Sequence record: NC_010324.1
Direction: 5' to 3' (one strand)
DNA: 64,000 nucleotides
Origin: Escherichia phage phiEco32
Part shown: positions 1-9,801 of the stretch, one piece after another
How the letters are laid out: each line of letters starts with the position of its first letter
How positions within the stretch are numbered: the first letter of the stretch is position 1
Notes under the pieces: generated by a model
Seen by the model: only the letters and a program-made list of their open reading frames with translations
Told to the model about the DNA's origin: nothing
Database searches by the model: none
Translations under genes and position numbers: made by a program

Positions 1-1202
1 GAGGTGATGCTGGTTCTTCTGGTAGCAATGGGGTTGTATCAGATTCTGGTGCACCAAATATCACATACTCATCTCCTCATACAATGGTAACACTCGCCTC
101 TGCTTCGGGGCAGGTGGCAACTAATGGAGCAATCCAATCAATCACATCTACAGACGATGTGGCTCCAGTAGGGACTGGAGGTAAATATATATCCACAAAC
201 TTTGACGCATCGCGTTCCAGCGCTGTTTACGGTCGTTCTCTTTCTGAGGTAGTTCCTCGCAACTTTATTGGTGTTTGGACTATCCGTGCTCATGGAGGGT
301 TTACTGCTGCTAACACTTCTTGGTCTGTTATTAATAGTGATGCTTCAGAACAACCTACAGGTACACCAATTACTGGTGGGTTGGTTTCCTCTAAATATGT
401 AGTTGGAGGTGTTGATAAATACCGGTCCTCTATCCAGTTGCTAGGGTCTAATGAAGTTGATCTATCAACTAGAATTACCACCATAAATGATAGATATGCT
501 ATTGGGGCTGCAACTTGGGATTTTAAATTAGACGGTAAACTTCTTTTCAACAAGAGCCTGACTCCTAAGGGGACAGGGGAATCTCCGGGAAATACTTATT
601 TAACACTAGCTAACACTTGGATGAGTGCTGCATACAGTGGATACATAGGGTTTGTTGGTGGTGGGGTTGGGGTTTCTAATGGTGGTTGGAGAAACTTTAT
701 TTCTTTAGGCTCTCTAATCTTCCCAGACTCCAGTCACCCAACTGCTGTTATTTCTCAGGTTTATGACTATGACCTTTCTACAGGAAGCCAACCTAATGGA
801 GACATTGTCAGAAATACCTATTTCAGTGCTGAGAGCTACGATATTACCTTCGGGAACAACAGTGGGACTACTAATTACATCTTCAGTAAATCTCCAGTCT
901 CTGACGAACGACTCAAACATAGCATTAAGGAAGAAGGGACAGCCACAGCTCTTTCTAACCTAAATAAGATGGAGTATAAAACCTTTATCTATAATTATGA
1001 TGAGAAAGCAACTGTAAGGCGTGGGTTTATTGCCCAACAACTTGAAGCTATTGACCCTCAATATGTTAGGAAGTATAAAACCTTCAAAGGTACTGATACC
1101 CTAGCTTTAGATGAGAATGTGTTGCTTTTAGATGCAATTGCTGCTATTCAAGAGCTTACCAAAAAGGTTGAGGTTTTAGAAGCAAAATTGGCAGAGAAGT
1201 AA
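1..1202 (+). CDS. tail fibre/tailspike protein, C-terminal part (5' end lies outside window), with intramolecular-chaperone-like self-cleaving C-terminal domain
   Basis: Frame of ORF 84..1202 is open back to nt 3 with no stop, so the gene starts upstream of the window. C-terminal ~100 aa (VSDERLKHSIKEEGTA...YKTFIYNYDEKATVRRGFIAQQLEAIDPQYV) matches the pattern of fibre/endosialidase C-terminal chaperone domains. Confidence 0.6.
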   Translation, partial: GDAGSSGSNGVVSDSGAPNITYSSPHTMVTLASASGQVATNGAIQSITSTDDVAPVGTGGKYISTNFDASRSSAVYGRSLSEVVPRNFIGVWTIRAHGGFTAANTSWSVINSDASEQPTGTPITGGLVSSKYVVGGVDKYRSSIQLLGSNEVDLSTRITTINDRYAIGAATWDFKLDGKLLFNKSLTPKGTGESPGNTYLTLANTWMSAAYSGYIGFVGGGVGVSNGGWRNFISLGSLIFPDSSHPTAVISQVYDYDLSTGSQPNGDIVRNTYFSAESYDITFGNNSGTTNYIFSKSPVSDERLKHSIKEEGTATALSNLNKMEYKTFIYNYDEKATVRRGFIAQQLEAIDPQYVRKYKTFKGTDTLALDENVLLLDAIAAIQELTKKVEVLEAKLAEK

Positions 1203-1205
1203 TAT

Positions 1206-1223
1206 AAGCCCCTTCGGGGGCTT
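1206..1223 (+). terminator. GC hairpin with UUCG tetraloop after tail fibre gene (no U-tract; terminator or processing/stability element)
   Basis: aagcccc-ttcg-ggggctt, perfect 7-bp stem, 4 nt after the stop codon; downstream sequence is not T-rich. Confidence 0.3.
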
Positions 1224-1294
1224 TAGTAGTAAGTACCCTTAGTAAGTAATGAAACTAATATATCCCAAGAGGTTAATATATAGGAGACACTCAA

Positions 1295-1513
1295 ATGAAA
1301 ATGATGAAACAAGCTGCATACGGTTTAATATGTTTAGGTGCAGGCGTTGTGGTATCAACCGCAGTCCCTGTAGGCGCAGTTCATCCATTAGTAACTGTCC
1401 CTGCTCCAGTAGAGAAGCTCAGCTCTCAATGCAAGCAGAGAACAATTCAAAATAACCTAGTTGTTATTTGTCCTGATGCTGAATCTAACGCTCTGAGAAA
1501 GATACTACCTTAA
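1295..1513 (+). CDS. small membrane protein, holin candidate
   Basis: 72 aa; AGGAG 7 nt upstream of ATG; one hydrophobic segment (AAYGLICLGAGVVVSTAVPVGAV) then hydrophilic tail; sits immediately upstream of the lysozyme gene. Confidence 0.4.
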   Translation: MKMMKQAAYGLICLGAGVVVSTAVPVGAVHPLVTVPAPVEKLSSQCKQRTIQNNLVVICPDAESNALRKILP

Positions 1514-1542
1514 TTTAAAGGGACTACAAAAGGAGGTTAGAA

Positions 1543-2034
1543 ATGGATAACGTCGCATTGCCACCTGTACAACTAAACTTAAGCCCAGCTGGAATGGAAT
1601 TCATCATGAAGCATGAGGGTATGAGAACAAAGGCTTATAAAGATTCCGCAGGTATCTGGACTATATGTGTAGGGGCTACGCGCGATATGAATGGTTATCC
1701 GGTTAGACAAGGATTAACGTATTCTATAGAGGATTGTCTAGCTCTGCTAGATAGAGACACACAAGACTCTGTTCGTGCTACTCAGAAGAACATAAAGGTT
1801 CCTTTACTAGTTCATGAGTTTGATGCACTCACTTCTTTCAACTTCAATGTTGGCAGTGGGGCTTTGAGCACATCTAAGTTAAGGAAGGTTATCAATGGAG
1901 AAGTGAAAGGTGATGTATATTCCGAATTTCTTCGTTGGGATAAAATAACGGTCAAGGGAGAGAAGCAGAGAAGTCAGGGTCTTCATAATAGAAGGGTTGC
2001 AGAAGCTGATCTTTACACCGAAGGTAAATATTAA
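1543..2034 (+). CDS. lysozyme (GH24, T4/lambda-type muramidase), probable endolysin
   Basis: 163 aa; AAAGGAGG RBS; catalytic E-x8-D-x5-T arrangement in HEGMRTKAYKDSAGIWTICVGAT. Confidence 0.8.
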   Translation: MDNVALPPVQLNLSPAGMEFIMKHEGMRTKAYKDSAGIWTICVGATRDMNGYPVRQGLTYSIEDCLALLDRDTQDSVRATQKNIKVPLLVHEFDALTSFNFNVGSGALSTSKLRKVINGEVKGDVYSEFLRWDKITVKGEKQRSQGLHNRRVAEADLYTEGKY

Positions 2035-2046
2035 TGGAGGTGCCTT

Positions 2047-2850
2047 TTGGCTATCGAAACTAATGCGGTAGTTATTACCGACTTAAACCCACTCTATCCT
2101 AGAGACAGGGATTACATCTACGAAGGGGCGGCTCAAATCCGCCTCATTAAGCAAACGTTACAGAACACATTCCCCAATGTTACAGAACCGGTTGATATAG
2201 ATTCTGACACCTTTAAGATTATGTCAGAGAAGCTCAAGTTTACTGGTGATGCAATGGATGTTGGTGGTCTTATGATCAAGAACGTTACTCCGGGAACTGG
2301 TGACAAGGATGTTGTTACTAAAGGTCAGATGGAAGCGTTCATGAAGAACTGGATGGAGAATAAGCTCTATCGAATTGGTTCTTACTACATCACTGAAGAA
2401 GACATTAACCCCGGTGATTCAATCTCCTTAGGGTTTGGTTCTTGGGCTAAAGTGACTGGTGTCATTATGGGTACTGGTGTAGTAAACCCTGATGGCTCTG
2501 TTCCTAATGCTCAGAGAGTTGAGTTCCAAGCAGGTGGTACTGGTGGTCGTGTCTTCAATACTATTCGAACTGAGAACGTACCTTTGATGACTGTTAATGG
2601 CTCCAGCTTCTCTCTATCTAGTAATACTCACAGTCACAATATGGTATTTGGTCGTGGAGATGCTAGTGGTCATAACAGCTCACCAAACTGGTATAGTCCG
2701 GGTGGTGGTTACAGCCAGAGAACTGATAATGACACACATACTCATACAATCTCTGGTAGTGTAAGTCTTGGTCGTGATGATATCTCTCGTCAACCTATTA
2801 ACACTTTGCCACCATTCAGAGCAGCTCACATTTGGAGACGTATTAGCTAA
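2047..2850 (+). CDS. tail fibre-like / tail collar-like structural protein
   Basis: 267 aa; TTG start 5 nt after a strong GGAGGT SD; Gly-rich C-terminal half with HxH motifs (THSHNM, THTHTISGS) as in phage tail-collar/fibre proteins. Confidence 0.45.
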   Translation: MAIETNAVVITDLNPLYPRDRDYIYEGAAQIRLIKQTLQNTFPNVTEPVDIDSDTFKIMSEKLKFTGDAMDVGGLMIKNVTPGTGDKDVVTKGQMEAFMKNWMENKLYRIGSYYITEEDINPGDSISLGFGSWAKVTGVIMGTGVVNPDGSVPNAQRVEFQAGGTGGRVFNTIRTENVPLMTVNGSSFSLSSNTHSHNMVFGRGDASGHNSSPNWYSPGGGYSQRTDNDTHTHTISGSVSLGRDDISRQPINTLPPFRAAHIWRRIS

Positions 2851-2859
2851 GGAGGAATT

Positions 2860-5800
2860 ATGGCGCTGTATCCAATAAAGTCATTAGGTGCTGTAGGCGT
2901 TATCGCTGATCAGGCTCCGACAGACTTAGCTCCTAATGCTTTCACTAATGCTATAAATGCTCGATTTGTGGAGCAGAGAGTATTTAAGACGGGGGGCAAT
3001 GCCCCTCTTTCTTATGTAGATGAAGATAAGGATTTAACCCCTCTGTCTTTCATTTCTATGCCTTTCGATTATTATAGCGCAGGTAATAGCTTTCTTGTTG
3101 TAGGTACGGATAAGAAGTTATATAAACTGACAGATGAAAGCTTGACTGATATTAGCCGTAAGGTTGCTACAGTCACTAAAAAGGCTTCTGCCTCAATTAA
3201 GATTTATCCGGTTGTTTCTCAGATTGTTCCTAAAGAATCAACCATCTCAATGAACTTCAATCAGACCAAGAATCTAGAGGTTTCTCTTCTTCCTGCTGAT
3301 GCCAACAATACCGATCTTGTTTGGGAGGTTAGTAACTCATCTTATGGAAGTATTACAGTAGACCCTAGTGACTCTAAACTTGCTACTCTAACATCTTTTG
3401 AGAAAGAGGGTAATCTTGTAGTAACTATCTCTACTGCCAATGAATCCGTAGTGGCTCAGATTGCTGTTAATATCATAGATGGTGATTCAGGCATCTTCTT
3501 GAGTCAAGATACTGTTACAATTCGTAAGGGAGGGACTACTACTCTCACGGCTGTTACTGGCAAGACTCCTGTAACTTGGTCCAGCAGTAACGCTTCTATT
3601 GTATCCGTAACCCCTAACGCCAACTCTTTAACTGCTGTCATTACAGCGAATGGAGAAGGTAATGTAACAATCACTGCTGATAACGGGACTAAGACTGCTT
3701 CTTGTGAGATTGTTTCTATCCCTCAGATTGATAGTATCTCTTTAAGCCAGTCAGATGTTACTGTGAGTAGAGGTTCTCAGTACATCTTAACTGCTACCCT
3801 TTCTCCTGCTAACGCCCCTAATCAAAATATTACTTGGACCTCTTCTAATCCAAATATTGCAACAGTATCAGGGACTAGCACACAAGGGACGATCAACGCT
3901 CTACTTGCTGGTTTTACTGAGATTACAGCTACCACTGAAGAAGGCAACAGGATTGCTGTCTGTACTGTACGTGTAGATTTAGCTGGGAGGACAATGAGAA
4001 CAAGTGCTATGGCATTTGCCGCTCCTGTGTCAGAGTCAGTAGAAACTCAAGAGGAAGAAGTAGTAACTCCTCCTGAAAGTGAAGAGACGGTTTATTTTGC
4101 TGAGCCTACATCTGGTATTGATACATCAGGGATGTACGAAGGTAATAACTTCTACGATTACTCTAACGTGAATGACATTGAAGGTTTTGCAAGAGCTTCT
4201 TTACTGGCAACCCCTCTGTCATCTGTAACCTTAGATATTGTCAGCGCTTCTCTTGATGTTGGTGAAGAGATTGTCATTACAGCCACAGCTTCTCCAGAAG
4301 GTGAGTACTCTTATCAGTGGTCTGTTGATAAAACTGGTTATGTTTCTACAACCTCAGTTACTGGTAAATCTATCAAACTGGTTGCTCTTCGTAAAGGAGA
4401 GATTAACGTAACATGTACTGTCAGTCAGATGACTCAGAAGGATTACGATGCTTTTGATGACTACCCTTGGTATCACGCTGTTATCTCTAACTGTGCAGTT
4501 GCTACAACTCACTATGAAACTCCTCAGGTAAAAGAATTCGAATCAGAATACTTTGTAGACCTTCCGGGGTGGGGTGAGCAAACAGTTGTTGATAATGATG
4601 GAAACCCTTCAGTCAAGAAGTTTAACTGGAAATGTGAGAGAGTAAGATCTTTTAACAACCGTCTTTTTGCTCTGAATATGAGAGAGGCTAACGCTTCTGG
4701 TGTTACCACTAACTACCCTCTTCGTCTTCGTTGGTCTAACTTTGCCAACGAGAACAAGGCTCCTACACTGTGGGATGACTTTGCCTATGATCGAGTTGTG
4801 TCTTCGGACTTAGCTTCTAACATCGTAGGGCAGACTCAGGCTCTAGAGAATGGGTATGCTGGTTACATCGACTTAGCAGATTCTAATGGTAGCTTGATTG
4901 ATATCCTACCTCTTAAAGATTACTTGTTCGTTTATACAGAGTTTGAAACGTATATTGGTTCTCCGACTAATAACACGTACCAACCTCTAATGTTCAAGAA
5001 GCTCTTTAACGACTCTGGTATCCTTGCTCCCGAGTGTGTGGTTGAAGTAGAAGGTAGTCATTTCGTAGTTACTCAGAACGATGTAATCTTACACAACGGT
5101 GCAACCAAGAAGTCAATTGCATCTAACCGTGTTAAGAATATGTTGATTAATGAGGTGTGTCTGGTTAATCCTCTAGCAACTCGAGTACACTTGCATCAGG
5201 ATAAGAAAGAAGTTTGGGTTCTCTATGTAGGACCGGGGGAGCCAAAAGAAAGCTTCGCTTGTACTAAAGCTGCTGTATGGAACTACGAGTTTGATACTTG
5301 GTCTTTCCGTACTATCCCATATGCTCAGTGTATTGGTCTGGTTGATCCTCCTGTTTTAGAAAGAGGTCCAATCTGGTCTGACTTCCAAGAAATCACTTGG
5401 GATGACCCATCTATTAAAGAACTCGTTTGGAGAAAGGATGCAACAAACTTTAGACAGAGGGTTACGATAGTAGGTTCATTCTTGAAGGGATTCTATCAAG
5501 TGGATGTAGGTGCTCTTGATTATTTCTATGACAGGCTAAATGATGTTGTTATAGAGAAGCCTCTGGAAATGAGGTTGGAGAGGACTGGTATAGATTTTGA
5601 TAATGTGACTAATGAGTGGAATCAGAAGCATATTAACAGGTTCCGGCCTCAGACAACCGGTTCAGGTACTTACATATTTGAAGCTGGTGGTAGTCAATTC
5701 TCAAATGAATACGGACACCCACACACATCTAAGACATATACGATCGGTGTTGACAGGCACGTCTCGGTGAGACTGAACCATCCATACCTTTTCTATAATG

Positions 5801-5877
5801 TTATAGATAATGATGTTAACAGTAATGCTGCTATCAATGGTTTAACGATAGAGTTTGCTGTTGGCGGGCGGAGATAA
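2860..5877 (+). CDS. large virion-associated protein with tandem bacterial Ig-like (Big_2-type) domains
   Basis: 1005 aa; AAGGAGG RBS; at least three ~80-aa repeats with Ig-like signatures (VTWSSSNASIVSV...GNVTITA; ITWTSSNPNIATVSG...; LVWEVSNSSYGSITVD...). Confidence 0.6.
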   Translation: MALYPIKSLGAVGVIADQAPTDLAPNAFTNAINARFVEQRVFKTGGNAPLSYVDEDKDLTPLSFISMPFDYYSAGNSFLVVGTDKKLYKLTDESLTDISRKVATVTKKASASIKIYPVVSQIVPKESTISMNFNQTKNLEVSLLPADANNTDLVWEVSNSSYGSITVDPSDSKLATLTSFEKEGNLVVTISTANESVVAQIAVNIIDGDSGIFLSQDTVTIRKGGTTTLTAVTGKTPVTWSSSNASIVSVTPNANSLTAVITANGEGNVTITADNGTKTASCEIVSIPQIDSISLSQSDVTVSRGSQYILTATLSPANAPNQNITWTSSNPNIATVSGTSTQGTINALLAGFTEITATTEEGNRIAVCTVRVDLAGRTMRTSAMAFAAPVSESVETQEEEVVTPPESEETVYFAEPTSGIDTSGMYEGNNFYDYSNVNDIEGFARASLLATPLSSVTLDIVSASLDVGEEIVITATASPEGEYSYQWSVDKTGYVSTTSVTGKSIKLVALRKGEINVTCTVSQMTQKDYDAFDDYPWYHAVISNCAVATTHYETPQVKEFESEYFVDLPGWGEQTVVDNDGNPSVKKFNWKCERVRSFNNRLFALNMREANASGVTTNYPLRLRWSNFANENKAPTLWDDFAYDRVVSSDLASNIVGQTQALENGYAGYIDLADSNGSLIDILPLKDYLFVYTEFETYIGSPTNNTYQPLMFKKLFNDSGILAPECVVEVEGSHFVVTQNDVILHNGATKKSIASNRVKNMLINEVCLVNPLATRVHLHQDKKEVWVLYVGPGEPKESFACTKAAVWNYEFDTWSFRTIPYAQCIGLVDPPVLERGPIWSDFQEITWDDPSIKELVWRKDATNFRQRVTIVGSFLKGFYQVDVGALDYFYDRLNDVVIEKPLEMRLERTGIDFDNVTNEWNQKHINRFRPQTTGSGTYIFEAGGSQFSNEYGHPHTSKTYTIGVDRHVSVRLNHPYLFYNVIDNDVNSNAAINGLTIEFAVGGRR

Positions 5878-5881
5878 CAAC

Positions 5882-5910
5882 AAGGGGCTTCGTGCCCCTT
5901 TTATTGTTTT
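5882..5910 (+). terminator. rho-independent terminator
   Basis: aaggggc-ttcgt-gcccctt followed by ttattgtttt; lies between the stop at 5877 and the RBS of the next gene. Confidence 0.55.
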
Positions 5911-5920
5911 GGAGGAACTT

Positions 5921-6889
5921 ATGGGTGCAGGTGGTTTTCGTAAGAACACTGGTCGCAACAACACCACACTCCCGTACAACGTTGGGTTTCTCAATAATGT
6001 ACAGGACACAGAAACATATAACGTAGCCGTGTATGATGAATTACAAAAAGTTAGCACAGCTACTAACCAAATGTTCCAAGCTATAGATGAAATTCACGAA
6101 GAGATTGATGTTCGTATTAAAGCTCTTAATGCAATGAATCTACAATTTGATGAGCTTGAGAATAGAATTACTACAGAGATAGAAACAGCTATTGCAGATA
6201 TCCAAACCCAGATGGGGAACCTGTCCACTGAGGACATTTGGGATAACTCTGTTCAACCTCCTGTGAAGCTGGAAAGCACTGTATCTGGTTTTAAGACTAG
6301 CATCGAAGGTAACACAACTAAGATTCAGACAGTAGAAGGTATTGTTAACGATCAAGGTCAAGAGATTGCTCTTGTTCAGACAGAACTGCAAAATATCAAC
6401 GGAAGCCTTTCTCAGTATATGAAACTCTCTGAGTATGAAGCTACGTGGGGTGTTAACTCTACAGTCAACGGAAGATATGCTGGGGTCAAGTTAACTAACA
6501 ACGGAACAAACAGTCAATTTCAAGTAACAGCTAACAAATTTATTGTTGGTGATGGCAGCTCTGGGAATACTCCATTCGTATTTGAGGGTGGGCGAGCTAG
6601 GATGGAATTCGCTGATATAAAGAACGTCAATATCACAACAGCTCAGATTGCTAACGCTAGAATCCAATGGGCACAGATTGATAACGTATCTATCTCCAAT
6701 GCTCAGATTCAGAACTTATCAGCGGATAAGATTACTGCTGGTTCTATGTGGGGTTCTAACTGGAGACTTACTGTTGGTGGTGATTTTGTTATGGGAGGCA
6801 CAGGTGGGGCACAATTGTGGATGAATGGTAACAGAATAGACTTCTACGATGGAAGTGGTGCTCTAAGAATCAGGATAGGGAGTTGGTAA
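5921..6889 (+). CDS. tail fibre / host-specificity-like protein
   Basis: Start moved from track 5855 to ATG 5921 (GGAGGA 4 nt upstream; track start lies inside the terminator hairpin). N-terminal coiled coil; C-terminal repeats (ADIKNVNITTAQIANARIQWAQIDNVSISNAQIQNLSADKITAG) typical of fibre proteins. Confidence 0.5.
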   Translation: MGAGGFRKNTGRNNTTLPYNVGFLNNVQDTETYNVAVYDELQKVSTATNQMFQAIDEIHEEIDVRIKALNAMNLQFDELENRITTEIETAIADIQTQMGNLSTEDIWDNSVQPPVKLESTVSGFKTSIEGNTTKIQTVEGIVNDQGQEIALVQTELQNINGSLSQYMKLSEYEATWGVNSTVNGRYAGVKLTNNGTNSQFQVTANKFIVGDGSSGNTPFVFEGGRARMEFADIKNVNITTAQIANARIQWAQIDNVSISNAQIQNLSADKITAGSMWGSNWRLTVGGDFVMGGTGGAQLWMNGNRIDFYDGSGALRIRIGSW

Positions 6890-6890
6890 T

Positions 6891-7922
6891 ATGGCATATG
6901 GAATATGGACACAACCAGTAGGGCCGGGGCCAGCAACCCCCGCTCCTTTATTTATTGATAGTGGGAGTACTTTCCCTCAGTTCAAGAATAGTATAAGAGG
7001 GAGTTTTAACTTTAATGGAGCTGGGAGATCTTTCCCTATCAGTGGATGGGATGGCAGTGGTCAGATAGTTATTGTTCCTACTGGTTCTTTATGCTGGCAA
7101 TGGGAAGTCCCTCCTAACTTAGTTCCTGATGTTTATTGTGTGAATAATATCTACGTAGAAAACAACTCCTCTTTTAGGGTTACTTTGAATCAGAACCCCG
7201 GTAGTAATCCACTATTCGACTGTGGGTTCAACGTATACCAAATATGGCCTAGAGCAGATAGGAATTATGGAATTACCTTTTCCAATACAGCAGACTACTT
7301 CTCAATATCTGATAGTGGGGTCGTCGGTCAGTGTATTTGGGCTTGGCAGGGAACTATAGGTAATTCTCTTCAAATACCAAATATTGGTGGTTTTAATATG
7401 GCTAATGCTGTTGTGTTTGCTAACTGGTCTGACGGAGGGATTGGCTTATCTTACACATCTGATGACAGAATTATTCGCGTCTATCAGAACAGGCCTTATG
7501 TCAACGGAAATACTAATGAAGGAGGGTCTGTCTTTGCTAGGGTTGCCGTATTCTGTAACGGAGCCGGTGTTCCTGAGCATAATGGAGGTTTGAACATTTA
7601 CTCTCCGGGTACCACACAATGTGTCTTCTCTACTAACAGAACACCTTTCACTGTGGATACTTTTATAGGCTCAGGAGGTGGTAACACGGGAATGTCATAC
7701 CCTATGATACCTCTTACCTCTGGAATAGGTGCAATAAAAGGCCAAGGTAGTGGATGGAGATATCAGCAAATGAGATCTCACACCATGAGTGGTTCTACTA
7801 TAGGAACTGGCTATGGGAGGTATTTGTTTCAGTGGGATCAAAATTATGACCTAGGAGCTGATACTGTAGTTAATTTATCAGTTCCTGTAATAAATGCAGC
7901 TAAGGTTTTTGCTGGACTATAA
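6891..7922 (+). CDS. putative tail fibre distal / receptor-binding protein
   Basis: 343 aa; start overlaps the previous stop (TAATATG); Gly/Asn/Ser/Thr-rich beta-type composition; position in the tail module. Confidence 0.4.
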   Translation: MAYGIWTQPVGPGPATPAPLFIDSGSTFPQFKNSIRGSFNFNGAGRSFPISGWDGSGQIVIVPTGSLCWQWEVPPNLVPDVYCVNNIYVENNSSFRVTLNQNPGSNPLFDCGFNVYQIWPRADRNYGITFSNTADYFSISDSGVVGQCIWAWQGTIGNSLQIPNIGGFNMANAVVFANWSDGGIGLSYTSDDRIIRVYQNRPYVNGNTNEGGSVFARVAVFCNGAGVPEHNGGLNIYSPGTTQCVFSTNRTPFTVDTFIGSGGGNTGMSYPMIPLTSGIGAIKGQGSGWRYQQMRSHTMSGSTIGTGYGRYLFQWDQNYDLGADTVVNLSVPVINAAKVFAGL

Positions 7923-7934
7923 CAAGGAGATATT

Positions 7935-8717
7935 ATGGCAATTAAGATGGGTATTGAAGAATTAGACCCAATGGTTCAACAGGCTTCAAAGAAGTACGGG
8001 ATTCCTGCTGCTTTGATTCATGCTGTAATCCAAAGAGAGTCTAGTGGTCGTCCTACAGTGGCCTCTGGGACTGGTCCTGTAGGTTTAATGCAGATCAGTA
8101 AAGGGTTGGCTAAAGACTATGGTTACAAACTAGAAGACAGGCTTGACCCAGCAAAGAATATCGATATGGGTGCTCGTTATATTCGAGATAACTTAAAAGC
8201 TTTTAATGGTGATGTTAAGAAAGCAATGGTTGGTTACTCGGAAGGTATAGGCGGTGCTAAGCAGATGTTCGCTGGTAAAAGAGGGTTTACTCCTCAAGCC
8301 CTTGACTCAATGAATAACAAACACTTTCTCCCTTTCTATGGTGATGCAGCTTCTCAGATTGCTAATCCAATTGGGGCTTTACAAGCTGTTCAACCAGTCA
8401 ACCAGTTTAATCCAGACAATTTAGACAGAGAGAAGGCTGCACAAGCTCCAACTCAGGCAGAGATTGCTGCTTCTAAGACTGGTGCTTTAGGTGGCAATCC
8501 AGTAGAGTTTTACTCTGATGAAGCGCAAGAAGGTGAAGACCAGAAGCCTCAACAGAACTTCGGTAATGCAGTATTAGGGGTAGCTGCTATGCTTGCTGGT
8601 AAACCTCCTACTTCTCAAACAGTTCAGAGGGCAAGTGCACCACATGCAGCAGGTTCTCAGTACAGTCCACAAACACAAGCAGTGCTCAGACGTTTAGCTA
8701 GCATTGGTGTAAAGTAA
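7935..8717 (+). CDS. virion-associated lytic transglycosylase (SLT domain)
   Basis: 260 aa; AAGGAG RBS; SLT signature RESSGRP...GLMQISKGLAKDYGY with catalytic Glu. Confidence 0.75.
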   Translation: MAIKMGIEELDPMVQQASKKYGIPAALIHAVIQRESSGRPTVASGTGPVGLMQISKGLAKDYGYKLEDRLDPAKNIDMGARYIRDNLKAFNGDVKKAMVGYSEGIGGAKQMFAGKRGFTPQALDSMNNKHFLPFYGDAASQIANPIGALQAVQPVNQFNPDNLDREKAAQAPTQAEIAASKTGALGGNPVEFYSDEAQEGEDQKPQQNFGNAVLGVAAMLAGKPPTSQTVQRASAPHAAGSQYSPQTQAVLRRLASIGVK

Positions 8718-8736
8718 TAATCTTTAAGGAGGACTT

Positions 8737-9789
8737 ATGTCTTTATTTGGAAAATCAGCTTCTAGCAAAACCACAGTGGCTCCTTCCTCTCAGGTTGATG
8801 CCCTGCTGAAGCAGATTGTTGCTAATGCTCAGAATATGCAGAACAACGATCCGGGATTCATCTCCCAACAGCTGGCTGGGTTTAATGGCAACCAACAGGG
8901 TGCTCTGAATAACTTAGCAGCTTCTACGACTCAGAAGAAGTTAGCTGATATGTACACACCTCGTACACAGCAAGGGTTGGACCAACTAAACTCTCTTGCC
9001 CAGCAGTATCAGAATATTGTCAATGGTGGCGGTCTAACTGCTGATGGTGTTAATAACTTCAGTAAAGGATTGAATAACTCAGCTCTTGCTCAAGCGACTA
9101 GTAAGGCAGCTTCCAATGTATCTCTCGGAAATGGTTCTGATTCAGGTTCTCTCCGTAGAGCTGCTGCTCAAGGTGCTGCTCTGAACAGTGCTAATACAAA
9201 CTTAGCTCGTACTATCAGTGGCAAGAATATGGGAATCAGTGCTCTTCAACAAGACCAAAACTTCCAGAGGGGCTTACTTGGTGCTCAGTCAGGATTGGCT
9301 GGACAGAATCTCAATCTTGGTGCTCAAGGTGTTCAGGCAACTCAACAAGCTATCCAGAATCAACTCATGGCTGGTAACCTACAACAGCAACAAGCCCAAG
9401 CTCAAGCTGATATTAATTGGCAGAACGCTATTGGCTCTCAACAGTATGGGTGGAATCAGCTTAACAACCAACTTAATGTATTAAATAGTGTAAGCCCAAT
9501 GGCTGGGTACACGATTAAGAATGCTGCTCCGGGGGTTAATACTGGACAACAGCTCCTAGGTGCTGGTATCACTGGATTAGGTATTGCAGGTCGTATGGGT
9601 GCTTTCTCTCCTAATCAACAGACTCAGAATGCTTGGAGTTCCTATAACAACTCAGGTGGGCAATCTGGAATGGCTGGTCCTATGATTGGTGGTTCTAATC
9701 TTTCTCAACAGAAAGGTCAGTCTAACTGGTTATCCACAGCAGGTAGTAATATCTTAGGTGGTGTCTTAGGGGCATTTGGAGCAAACTAA
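8737..9789 (+). CDS. Q/N/G-rich virion protein (paralog of 9802..10770)
   Basis: 350 aa; AAGGAGG RBS; low-complexity Gln/Asn/Ala/Gly-rich; shares ...NWQNAIGSQQYGWNQLNNQL... block with the next gene. Confidence 0.5.
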   Translation: MSLFGKSASSKTTVAPSSQVDALLKQIVANAQNMQNNDPGFISQQLAGFNGNQQGALNNLAASTTQKKLADMYTPRTQQGLDQLNSLAQQYQNIVNGGGLTADGVNNFSKGLNNSALAQATSKAASNVSLGNGSDSGSLRRAAAQGAALNSANTNLARTISGKNMGISALQQDQNFQRGLLGAQSGLAGQNLNLGAQGVQATQQAIQNQLMAGNLQQQQAQAQADINWQNAIGSQQYGWNQLNNQLNVLNSVSPMAGYTIKNAAPGVNTGQQLLGAGITGLGIAGRMGAFSPNQQTQNAWSSYNNSGGQSGMAGPMIGGSNLSQQKGQSNWLSTAGSNILGGVLGAFGAN

Positions 9790-9801
9790 AGGAGATTTGA
9801 T

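Noticed and set aside
5855-5920. ORF-track start at 5855 for the fibre-like gene.
   Set aside because: This start lies inside the terminator hairpin of the upstream gene; ATG 5921 has a GGAGGA ribosome-binding site.
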